Source: an uncultured Ruminococcus sp.
GTDB lineage: Bacteria > Bacillota > Clostridia > Oscillospirales > Acutalibacteraceae
Assembly (NCBI GenBank): GCA_964601235.1
Contig: CAZRMP010000001.1
Coordinates: 1 to 63,605, forward strand
Direction of reading: 5' to 3'
Length of the DNA stretch: 63,605 bases
The notes beneath the pieces were generated by a model, which saw only the letters and a program-made list of their open reading frames with translations, was not told the origin of the DNA and did not search any database. Both the position numbers and the translations under genes were made by a program. The stretch's first letter is position 1. Every line of letters begins with the position of its first letter. Shown here piece after piece: positions 55,874 to 63,605 of the stretch.

Positions 55874-56815
55874 ATGAACGAATTTATTATGCACAGACAC
55901 CCCGCGAACCCCCTTATAAAGCCCGAGGATTTCCCCGTCCCGGCAGACAGCGTTATGAACTGCGGTCAGGCAATGTATAAGGGTAAGACCGTACTGCTTG
56001 TAGCCGCTATTTACCGCGGACTTGTAAACGGCAAGAAAACGGGCATCCATGTTGCGATGAGCGATGACGGCATTAACTTTGAAATTGACCCAAACCCGCT
56101 TTGCAGCGGAACAGATTTCGGCGGAGATTATATGTTTTATGACTGCTGGGTTATCGACCCGCGTCTTACCCAGATAGGCGATGAATATTACATATGCCGC
56201 CCCGGTCAGGGTGCAGTGGGACCTTGCGCTTTACTCGAAAAAACAACCGATTTTAAAACAACCGAGTTTTTAGGCTGTATCGCCCTGCCGCCTAACCGCG
56301 TTCCCTGCCTTTTCCCGGAAAAGATTGACGGAAAGTATGTCCGCCTTGACCGTCCTATGTTCGGAAGCGGAAAGGGCTGCGGCGAAATTTGGATTTCTTA
56401 TTCCCCGGATATGATCCATTGGGGCGAGCATAAGCCGCTTTTAAAGCCGGGCTTTGCTCCGCAGTTTGATTTTAAAATAGGTCCTACGGTTCCCGTTAAA
56501 ACCAGCAAGGGCTGGCTTGAGATAATCCACGGAACATGGAACACCTGCGCGGATACACGCTATTCTATAGGTGCGGCACTCCTTGACCTTAACGACCCCT
56601 CGAAAATTATAGGTCACTGCAAAAGCTGGATTTTAACCCCCCAGGCAGACTACGAGCTTACAGGCCATGTTAGAGATGTTTGCTTCCCCTGCGGCTGTCT
56701 TGTAGACGAGGAAAAGGACGAGATAAGGATTTATTACGGTGCGTCGGACGAGTTTGTTTGCCTTGCAACAGGCTCTGTTTCGGAGCTTATTGACGCTTGC
56801 ATAAAGGGACTTTAA
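55874..56815 (+). CDS. GH130 family glycoside phosphorylase/hydrolase, copy 2
   Basis: RBS GTGAGGT. Collinear with 22556-23602 (NPLIKPEDFPVPA, WVIDPR, RIYYGASDEFVCLATGS). Confidence 0.8.
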   Translation: MNEFIMHRHPANPLIKPEDFPVPADSVMNCGQAMYKGKTVLLVAAIYRGLVNGKKTGIHVAMSDDGINFEIDPNPLCSGTDFGGDYMFYDCWVIDPRLTQIGDEYYICRPGQGAVGPCALLEKTTDFKTTEFLGCIALPPNRVPCLFPEKIDGKYVRLDRPMFGSGKGCGEIWISYSPDMIHWGEHKPLLKPGFAPQFDFKIGPTVPVKTSKGWLEIIHGTWNTCADTRYSIGAALLDLNDPSKIIGHCKSWILTPQADYELTGHVRDVCFPCGCLVDEEKDEIRIYYGASDEFVCLATGSVSELIDACIKGL

Positions 56816-56902
56816 GAAGAAGCCTTAAAGCGCCAATTTTCAATCCTTTACAAATTTCCTTAAATCGGTTATAATTGTATATTATAAGCTGCGAGAGAGC
56901 GC

Positions 56903-57739
56903 ATGGGAGTGATGGTGTTGGATAGAGTATTGTACGAAAAAAGAAAAACAAAACTATCCTGTGCTTTTGTGACAGAACTCAGAGAGTTACCTCATCTTCA
57001 CGCCGAGTGTGAGATTGTTGTCTGTTATTCGGGCAAGGCAAGCTGTTTTTTGGGCGGAAATACCTCCGAGATAGGTGAGGGCGATATAGTATTTGCTTTC
57101 CCTAATCAGGTGCATAATTATATTATGCAAGAGAACGGCAGTTTCTTAGTCATTAATTTCAGCTCCGATATGATGCCTAATATGGGAAACTATTTTAAGG
57201 TCAATTTGCCCAAACACCCGATAATAAACTTCAATGAATCGGATGCGCTTAAAAGGCTTATGCTTGAATTTAGAGCGGCATACGACAGTAATAGCGAGGA
57301 TGCAGAGCTGCTATTGCTTGGATATTTGAGCCTTGCAATCTTTCTTTTAAAGCCGCTGCTTGAAGCTAAGCCGGTGGACGGGCTTAATTCCAGTAACTTT
57401 GAAAAAATTTGCAACTACTGCATTCGCAACTACCGAAACAAAATTTCCCTTGATGTACTTTCTAAGGAGCTGCATTTGAGTAAGCAGCGGGTTTCGCATA
57501 TTTTTAATCAGCATATGGGAATGACCTTTCCTCAGTACATAAATTTCCTGCGGATAAGCGATGCCTGCCATTTGCTGACCGAAACCTCGGACTCGATAAT
57601 CAAAATATCCGAGGATGTTGGGTTTGAATGTCTGCGTAACTTCAACAAGGTTTTTTATGATATAAATAAAATGACCCCGCGTGAATTCCGTAACCGTCAA
57701 ATTGCGGGCGAAAGGGATAAAAAAGCTGTTTTGGTATGA
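56903..57739 (+). CDS. AraC family transcriptional regulator
   Basis: Cupin-like N-terminus and a C-terminal double HTH (LSKELHLSKQRVSHIFNQ...VGFECLRNFNKVF). Confidence 0.8.
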   Translation: MGVMVLDRVLYEKRKTKLSCAFVTELRELPHLHAECEIVVCYSGKASCFLGGNTSEIGEGDIVFAFPNQVHNYIMQENGSFLVINFSSDMMPNMGNYFKVNLPKHPIINFNESDALKRLMLEFRAAYDSNSEDAELLLLGYLSLAIFLLKPLLEAKPVDGLNSSNFEKICNYCIRNYRNKISLDVLSKELHLSKQRVSHIFNQHMGMTFPQYINFLRISDACHLLTETSDSIIKISEDVGFECLRNFNKVFYDINKMTPREFRNRQIAGERDKKAVLV

Positions 57740-57751
57740 ATACATAATTTT

Positions 57752-57782
57752 AAAGCGCCGGAGCGTTTGCTCGGCGCTTTTT
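57752..57782 (+). terminator. Rho-independent terminator
   Basis: AAAGCGCCG/CGGCGCTTT stem with an 11-nt loop and a T-run. Confidence 0.75.
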
Positions 57783-57918
57783 AATACTCGAAATTAAAAG
57801 ACATTTTATTCTATTTTTATGATTATAATTCTCTTGAATTTTTTTAATAAAAGTATATAATTATTGTGTAATTGGTAGGCTGACTCTCGCCATCCTACCT
57901 GAGGGGGTAAAAAAGAGT

Positions 57919-58590
57919 ATGAATAAAGAAATTGAAAAGCTGCAGGAAAATATTGTTCCCGCAAAGGATCAGACTGTTTTGGGATTTTATTCCTATGACG
58001 ATGATAAGACGGGCAAAAAAATACTGTTTATCGGCAATTCCATTACCAAGCACGGACCTAAACCCGAAATAGGCTGGGAAAACGATTGCGGTATGGCGGC
58101 GTCGTCCTTGGAAAACGACTATGTTCATCAGCTTATGAGTAAAATCCGCACAGTCGACAGCGAGGCGAGATTTGCAATTCAGGCCGCGTGGGAAATCGAG
58201 GGTAATTTTGAAGACTTTAACAATGAAAAGCTTTCCCCGTCGCGGGAATATGACGCGGACATTATAATAATGTTTTTCGGAGCAAATGTTACAAAGGAAT
58301 ATAAGAACAGGACAGATTTGAAAAAAACCTTAGCGGAAGCTTGTGTAGAGCTTAGAAATTATGTCAATCCCGAAAATAAGGCAAAGGTCTATTGGTTCGG
58401 CGGATTTTATATTCGCCCGGAAATAGACGCCGAAAAGGAAAAGGCCGCAAAGATATGCGGAGATAAATATACTTCCCTCGGCGATATTCCCTTCAGAACC
58501 GAAACCCACGGCAAATTCAATCACCCTGGAGACCGGGGAATGAAGGAAATCGCCGAGCTTATGTGGGAAACGATTAAAAGTAATTTTTAA
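57919..58590 (+). CDS. SGNH-like hydrolase
   Basis: RBS GAGGGGG. ILFIGNSIT, FFGANV and NHPGDRGM blocks. Confidence 0.6.
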   Translation: MNKEIEKLQENIVPAKDQTVLGFYSYDDDKTGKKILFIGNSITKHGPKPEIGWENDCGMAASSLENDYVHQLMSKIRTVDSEARFAIQAAWEIEGNFEDFNNEKLSPSREYDADIIIMFFGANVTKEYKNRTDLKKTLAEACVELRNYVNPENKAKVYWFGGFYIRPEIDAEKEKAAKICGDKYTSLGDIPFRTETHGKFNHPGDRGMKEIAELMWETIKSNF

Positions 58591-58596
58591 TAGAAT

Positions 58597-58634
58597 AGGG
58601 CTGTCGCAGTGATTTATTCACCTGCGGCAGCCCT
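58597..58634. terminator. Hairpin between convergent genes
   Basis: 13-bp stem AGGGCTGTCGCAG/CTGCGGCAGCCCT with one wobble or mismatch. Flanking U-runs are weak. Confidence 0.5.
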
Positions 58635-58656
58635 ATAATTGAAAATTTCAAAACAG

Positions 58657-59538
58657 TTATAATTTTCTTACGCCCTTTTCACCCTCGAAAAAGAGTGCGA
58701 GAGCCCCCGGCCCTAAGTGGGAGCCTGTGGCGGGCTCGTGTTTGACAACTATAAGCTTTTTGGGCGGTTTTGCTTTCTTTATAAGCTCTGCCAAAGCTTT
58801 AGCGTCCTCCTTGCAGTCGCAGTAGCTTATGCCGACCGTCTGCTTTTCGGGCTCTTTAACAAGGGTATCGTATTTTTCGGCTAAGGCGGATATAACCTTA
58901 GCTCTGCCCCTTACCTTACCGAAGGCAACGATTTTGCCCTCCTCGTTGCCTTTAAGAATAGGCTTTATTCCAAGCACCGTTCCTACCGTGGCGCTAAGGT
59001 TTGAAAGCCTGCCTGTGCGCTTTAGGAACATTAAATCGTCAACCGTAAACACCTGATACAATTTTTCTATATGTATCCGTATTTCTTCGGCAGTCTCATC
59101 GATAGTTTTGCCCTCGGCGCGTAATTCCGCCGCCTTTAAAACCATAAGCCCTTCGCCGAGGCCTGCTCCCAGACTGTCGGCAACCTCTATTTTGCGGTCG
59201 GGGAACTCCTCGGCAAGTATTTCCTTCGCCATTACGGCGGAGGCAAAGGAGCCGCTGATGCCCGAGGAAAGCCCGATAAAAAGAATGTCCTTTCCGCTTT
59301 CAAGCAGGGGGCGCATAAAGTCGGTATACCTTTGCGGGTTTATCTGGGAGGTAGTTACATTTTCACCGTTTCTTAAAGCGGCGTAAAATGCCATATCGTC
59401 AAAGGTTTCTAAGGTTTCACAGCCGCATTCCTTTCCTTTAAAAAAATAGGGAAAGGGGATTGCGGTTATATCGTTATCGCGAAGCTGTTTCGCGGTAAGG
59501 TTTGATGCAGAGTCGGTTAAAATTGCAAAATTGGGCAT
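58657..59538 (-). CDS. DegV family (fatty-acid binding) protein
   Basis: Start at the ATG giving MPNFAILTDSASNL (GGAG 8 nt upstream). Typical DegV motifs TSQ and GLSSGISGS. Confidence 0.9.
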   Translation of the reverse strand: MPNFAILTDSASNLTAKQLRDNDITAIPFPYFFKGKECGCETLETFDDMAFYAALRNGENVTTSQINPQRYTDFMRPLLESGKDILFIGLSSGISGSFASAVMAKEILAEEFPDRKIEVADSLGAGLGEGLMVLKAAELRAEGKTIDETAEEIRIHIEKLYQVFTVDDLMFLKRTGRLSNLSATVGTVLGIKPILKGNEEGKIVAFGKVRGRAKVISALAEKYDTLVKEPEKQTVGISYCDCKEDAKALAELIKKAKPPKKLIVVKHEPATGSHLGPGALALFFEGEKGVRKL

Positions 59539-59742
59539 AGTAAATTCTCCTTGAAAAATTTTCACATATTTATTATAGTATTAACAGTAAATAACCGCAA
59601 GATACAGTGAATTTTTCTGTCTCTATTAATCTGAAACCCGCAGTAGAGTGATTTTTGCCGACTCTACTCACAGTGGAGTTTCCTTTATTTAAGGGGTTTT
59701 GAGACCTTAATTTAGAATAATTTTCCTAAAAATAAAAATTTT

Positions 59743-59769
59743 TGAAACCTTTTCGGCGGTTCATCGGTA
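59743..59769 (+). promoter_or_regulatory. Candidate ECF-type (autoregulated) promoter
   Basis: TGAAAC, 16 nt, CGGTA resembles the TGAAAC-N16-CGTA class of ECF promoters. Lies 23 nt upstream of the sigma gene start. Confidence 0.4.
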
Positions 59770-59791
59770 TTATAGGCGAGGGGGAAGTTAA

Positions 59792-60289
59792 ATGAAGTGT
59801 ACGGATAATATCGGGGAAAAAGATTATGCAACTCCTGAAGCGGCGTTCCGAAAATATGCCGATACGGTTTATCGGCTTGCCTTTGTGCGCACAGGCTCTC
59901 GGAATGACAGCGATGATATTTTGCAGGAGGTCTTTCTGCGGTATATGAAGGTATGGGGTAAAATGGAGTCGGAGGAGCATATAAAGGCGACACTTATCCG
60001 CATTACCGTAAATTGCAGTAACAGCCTGCTTTCTTCCTTCTGGTTAAAGAAAACCGACCCGCTTGACGAAAATATCCCCGCCGCGGACGGTAATTCCGCG
60101 GAAAGCGCGCTTAGCGAGGTTTTAAAGCTTCCCGTAAAATACCGCACCGTGATACACCTGTATTACTATATGGGTTATTCGGTGGCGGAAATAGCGGCGC
60201 TTACCAAGACCAACCCCTCGACCGTTAAGACAAGACTTGCCCGCGCACGCGGACAGCTCAAAAAAACTCTGGAGGCGGAGGATTTATGA
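59792..60289 (+). CDS. ECF-type sigma-70 family RNA polymerase sigma factor
   Basis: Region 2 (DILQEVFLRYM) and region 4 (MGYSVAEIAALTKTNPSTVKTRLARARGQL). Confidence 0.85.
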   Translation: MKCTDNIGEKDYATPEAAFRKYADTVYRLAFVRTGSRNDSDDILQEVFLRYMKVWGKMESEEHIKATLIRITVNCSNSLLSSFWLKKTDPLDENIPAADGNSAESALSEVLKLPVKYRTVIHLYYYMGYSVAEIAALTKTNPSTVKTRLARARGQLKKTLEAEDL

Positions 60290-62202
60290 AATTTAAAGAC
60301 AGCTATAATAAACAGTTGGAAAATATCAAGCCCGACGGCTATATTAAGGACAAAACCCGCCGCAAAATGGCGGAAGCAAACGAAAAAGCCACCCCTAAAA
60401 GGAGCGGCAGTAGGATTTTCGGTACGGCGGTGGCGGCGGCACTGTGCGGCGCGATACTCTTTTCGGCGGGAATCGTCACGGGACAGCGTACAGCAAAGGT
60501 TAATACGGGCGTCAACACCGCCGCTATGAAGACCGCCCCAACCTATGATGACATATATGATAATATTAAAAGGTTCAAGAACTCTTTTTGGGATAAAATC
60601 AGATACGGCTCGGATGCGGCAGAGGAAGAGTACGCTGCGGAAGACGCCGTAGGTGATATGAACACGGGGGCGGATACGGGAACAAACGGAGCGTCTTTAA
60701 AAAGCGATACGGCAGGCTCAGCCGCCGATAACGGAACGGAGCACAGCGACACCACCGTTCAGGTTAAGGGCGTGGACGAGGCGGACATTGTAAAGACCGA
60801 CGGGAAATATATATACATTCTTTCTTACGCCAAGAACTCGGGGGGCAGGATATTAAAGATTGTCGATGTTACGGGGGAAAAGCCGAAACAGCTTGCGAGT
60901 ATTAAAAATATAGGAGTTTACGCGTCGGATATGTATTTAAGCGGCGACAGGCTTGTAATTATCGGCAACGAAAATTACAGCGATATTTATACTACCGACA
61001 AATTTTCACTCTCAAACGGTTGCTTTGCGGCGATTTACGATGTTTCAGACCCTAATAACCCCAAGGAGCTTATCCGTTTAAAGCAGAGCGGAGATTATAA
61101 CGAGTCCCGTCTTATAAATGGTAAGCTTTATGTTATTTCTAACTTTTCGGTTGATACCTCGGGGATTAAAAAAAGCGAAGAGGAAACCTATGTGCCCTCT
61201 GTAACCTGCAAGGATTATGACGGCGCGGTAGCGGCTGACAGCGTGTGTTTTTACGATAACTGCACCTATCCGCAGTATACCGTGATTTGCGGTTACGATA
61301 TTAAGGACGGCTCGCTTTGCGGCACCCGTTCGGTTTTGGGCGGGAGCTACACCGTCTACGCCAACACCGAAAATATTATAACCTGCGGAAATCCCGATTC
61401 GGACGGCTTAACACAGGTTGCACGGTTTTCCCTTGACGGCGGAGAAATCACATTAAAAGCGACAGGAAAGCTTGACGGCAGTCTTTTAAACCAGTTCTCG
61501 ATTGATGAATACAAGGGCTATTTCCGTTTCGTGCTTACCGATTATTACAAAAACGAGACAAACTCCCTTGTAATTCTGGACGGCGATTTAAAGGAAACGG
61601 GAAAAATTACCGATTTAGCGCCGGGCGAGAGGGTTTACTCGGTACGCTTTATGGGGGACACGGCATATTTCGTCACCTTCCGTCAGGTTGACCCGCTTTT
61701 CAGCGCCGATGTAAGCGACCCCAATAACCCCAAAATAATCGGCAGTCTTAAAATCCCCGGCTTTTCAAACTATCTTTTCCCCTACGGCGATAAGCTGTTG
61801 GGAATAGGCCAAAACGCCGATGAGCAGACAGGCAAAACGGGGCTTATGAAGCTTTCAATGTTTGATATAAGCGACCCTGCCAATGTGACCGAAAGCTCCA
61901 AAACCGATATTCCCGCAAAATATTCCGAAGCGCTTTACAACCATAAGGCGACCCTTACGGATTACCGCAAAAATATAATCGGATTCCCCGCTTACGGCGG
62001 TACGGGGCTTGAATACTTGGTTTATTCCTATGAGGACGGCAAATTTGTCAGGCGGCTTCAGGCAGAGCTTGATATAAACAATACTCCGGATTGCCGAGGA
62101 CTGTATATAGGAAAGGTTTTCTATATCGCTTCGCCTTATGAATTGCAATATTACGATTTGGAAACCTTTGATTTTTTAGGCACATTGAAACTTGGTGACT
62201 GA
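60286..62202 (+). CDS. Single-pass membrane protein with extracellular beta-propeller domain (putative cognate anti-sigma factor)
   Basis: ATGA start/stop overlap with the sigma gene. TM helix at ~aa 45-67. The large C-terminal domain resembles the secreted beta-propeller family (COG4880-like: VDEADIVKTDG.YIY, DP.F..D.SDP..P). No zf-HC2 motif seen. Confidence 0.6.
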   Translation: MKFKDSYNKQLENIKPDGYIKDKTRRKMAEANEKATPKRSGSRIFGTAVAAALCGAILFSAGIVTGQRTAKVNTGVNTAAMKTAPTYDDIYDNIKRFKNSFWDKIRYGSDAAEEEYAAEDAVGDMNTGADTGTNGASLKSDTAGSAADNGTEHSDTTVQVKGVDEADIVKTDGKYIYILSYAKNSGGRILKIVDVTGEKPKQLASIKNIGVYASDMYLSGDRLVIIGNENYSDIYTTDKFSLSNGCFAAIYDVSDPNNPKELIRLKQSGDYNESRLINGKLYVISNFSVDTSGIKKSEEETYVPSVTCKDYDGAVAADSVCFYDNCTYPQYTVICGYDIKDGSLCGTRSVLGGSYTVYANTENIITCGNPDSDGLTQVARFSLDGGEITLKATGKLDGSLLNQFSIDEYKGYFRFVLTDYYKNETNSLVILDGDLKETGKITDLAPGERVYSVRFMGDTAYFVTFRQVDPLFSADVSDPNNPKIIGSLKIPGFSNYLFPYGDKLLGIGQNADEQTGKTGLMKLSMFDISDPANVTESSKTDIPAKYSEALYNHKATLTDYRKNIIGFPAYGGTGLEYLVYSYEDGKFVRRLQAELDINNTPDCRGLYIGKVFYIASPYELQYYDLETFDFLGTLKLGD

Positions 62203-62335
62203 TTAAAAAGCCTCCCTTGTGTAAAGGGAGGGGAACCAACCGTTAGGTTGGTGGAGGGATTGCAATTCGCTATAAAAACAATCCCCCAGTCAGCTACGCT
62301 GACAGCCCCCTTTGCACAAGGGGGCCTTTATTATT
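62203..62335. repeat. Mosaic hairpin repeat cluster E (modules in inverted orientation and with compensatory changes)
   Basis: CCTCCCTTgtgtAAAGGGAGG, ACCAACCgttaGGTTGGT, GGAGGGATTG. On the minus strand: GGCCCCCTTgtgcAAAGGGGGCT, GTCAGCgtaGCTGAC, TGGGGGATTG. Confidence 0.85.
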
Positions 62336-62522
62336 TTTAAATATTCATTGCAACGGTTATAGTCAAATTTTCTTTGATAATTTGTTGCCAAATCGAAGAT
62401 TTGGTGTCGAAATAGTGTCCCCTGTTTTTTTATTGTCCATTTTTATCACCGTCATTATATTAACCTAAAACAACAAAAATTTCAATAAACGCCGCGTTTA
62501 GCACCTAAAGCCCATAAAATTC

Positions 62523-62551
62523 TTGAAAAAAATCCGCGTATGTAGTATCAT
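62523..62551 (+). promoter_or_regulatory. Candidate sigma-A promoter of the rnf operon
   Basis: TTGAAA, 17 nt, TATCAT. Confidence 0.45.
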
Positions 62552-62591
62552 ATACTATATATAGCTATTTTTTCTTCAAAGGAGAAGAAGT

Positions 62592-63605
62592 ATGGAAAAG
62601 AAAGAAAAGATACTTCGTCCCGTAGGGCGTATTCACGGCGGGGCGCTGCTGCCGCACCTTAAAAGCACTGCCGAGGCTCAGTCGGTTATTATGCCGCCCC
62701 CCTCGGTTGTCAAAATTCCGATGTCACAGCATATCGGCGCGCCTGCAGAGCCGATAGTAAAGGCGGGGGATAAGGTGTTTGTCGGCACCGAGATAGGTAA
62801 GGCTTCCGGCTTTGTAAGCGCCCCCGTTCATTCGAGCGTTTCGGGCACGGTTAAGGCGATAGAGGAAATGAATGTGGGCGGGCGAAAGACAAAATGCGTT
62901 GTTATCGAGTCGGACGGCAATATGGAAAAAGCCCCCGAGCTTAAGCCCTTTCCCGTAAACTCAAGGGAGGATATAGCTAAAGCCGCAGACCTGTGCGGAC
63001 TGGTGGGCCTTGGCGGCGCGGGCTTTCCCACAAAGGTTAAGCTGTCGGTTAAAGAGGAAACCCCGATTGACACCCTTATAATCAACGGTGCCGAGTGCGA
63101 GCCCTACATTACAAGCGACTACCGCGCCTGTATGGAGGATTATGAAGATGTTATCGAGGGCGTGTATCTTTTAAAGGAAAAGCTTAATATCCCTAAGGTC
63201 ATAATCTGTATTGAAAGCAACAAGCAAAAGGCTATTGAAAAGCTTTATGAAATTGCCGCAGATATGAGGGACGAGGACGACAGCGTTAAGCTTATGAAAC
63301 TGCCCACAAGCTACCCACAGGGAGCGGAAAAGGTTATAATCTACTCCGCCACGGGAAGAAAGGTTCCCGCGGGGAAGCTTCCGAGCGATGTGGGCTGTAT
63401 TGTAATGAATATTACAAGCGTGGTGACATTAAACCGCTTTATTAAAACGGGTATGCCCCTTACCTCAAAGCGCATAACCGTGGACGGCACGGCGGTAAAC
63501 GAGCCTAAAAATATAATTGTCCCTATCGGCACGGCGATAAAGGATGTGCTGGAGTTTGCGGGCGGTGTAGCTGAAGATGCTAACGAAATCATTTTCGGCG
63601 GCCCT
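62592..63605 (+). CDS. rnfC: Electron transport complex (Rnf) subunit C, 5' partial (runs off the window)
   Basis: RBS AAGGAGAAG. The frame is open for 338 codons to the window end. The N-terminal barrel-sandwich and GLVGLGGAGFPT motif are typical of RnfC/RsxC. Confidence 0.85.
   Translation, partial: MEKKEKILRPVGRIHGGALLPHLKSTAEAQSVIMPPPSVVKIPMSQHIGAPAEPIVKAGDKVFVGTEIGKASGFVSAPVHSSVSGTVKAIEEMNVGGRKTKCVVIESDGNMEKAPELKPFPVNSREDIAKAADLCGLVGLGGAGFPTKVKLSVKEETPIDTLIINGAECEPYITSDYRACMEDYEDVIEGVYLLKEKLNIPKVIICIESNKQKAIEKLYEIAADMRDEDDSVKLMKLPTSYPQGAEKVIIYSATGRKVPAGKLPSDVGCIVMNITSVVTLNRFIKTGMPLTSKRITVDGTAVNEPKNIIVPIGTAIKDVLEFAGGVAEDANEIIFGGP

Noticed and set aside
62363-62455. 30-aa minus-strand small ORF (MTVIKMDNKKTGDTISTPNLRFGNKLSKKI) between repeat cluster E and the rnf promoter
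   Set aside because: It has no convincing RBS and no recognisable motif. It is too short to support without expression or conservation data.

Overview
This is a 63.6-kb chromosomal segment that looks like a low-GC Gram-positive anaerobe of the Clostridia type. The signs are GGAGG-type ribosome-binding sites, lipoprotein lipoboxes, a type-I dockerin, DegV and RnfC. All family calls come from reading motifs in the translations. No database search or HMM was run.

Layout:
- 1-1926: 3' end of a 5S rRNA, then tRNA-Leu(CAG) with its own promoter, then an AT-rich islet carrying a truncated MuF-tail/barnase toxin and a barstar immunity gene.
- 1.9-6 kb: several membrane and lipoprotein genes.
- 6-58 kb: about 50 kb devoted to glycan breakdown. 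It holds GH31-like, GH2, domain-permuted GH3+CBM6, GH30, GH36, two GH130, GH78, GH37-like, three GH16 domains, SGNH esterases, three AraC regulators, two permease pairs and two binding proteins. It also holds two paralogous GLUG-type repeat surface proteins, one dockerin-borne and one 1865 aa and membrane-anchored.
- 58-63.6 kb: DegV, an ECF sigma factor with a beta-propeller membrane protein, and the 5' part of rnfC.

Most unusual observations:
1. A 20-kb co-directional operon (35.4-55.7 kb) combines GH16 enzymes, a CBM-fused 932-aa binding protein and an NHL-propeller/TPR/Yip1 membrane protein. It also carries a large uncharacterised lipoprotein, a second ABC importer without any ATPase, and the giant surface protein. 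I read this as a candidate uncharacterised Gram-positive glycan capture and import apparatus.
2. A family of hairpin-rich mosaic repeats fills the intergenic space at 27.4-29.9, 34.3-35.2 and 62.2 kb. The copies differ by compensatory changes that keep the stems. They have MITE-like inverted termini and strict 7-nt periodic tandem tracts. They bracket a GH37-like gene and a DUF559 nuclease gene as long direct repeats.
3. There are several recombination footprints. A 39-nt duplication flanks the GH3 gene. A roughly 230-bp promoter and leader region is duplicated. A 912-bp segment shared by the two surface-protein genes looks like gene conversion. A probable 1-nt frameshift splits a dockerin protein from a CE2-like/GH16 enzyme.
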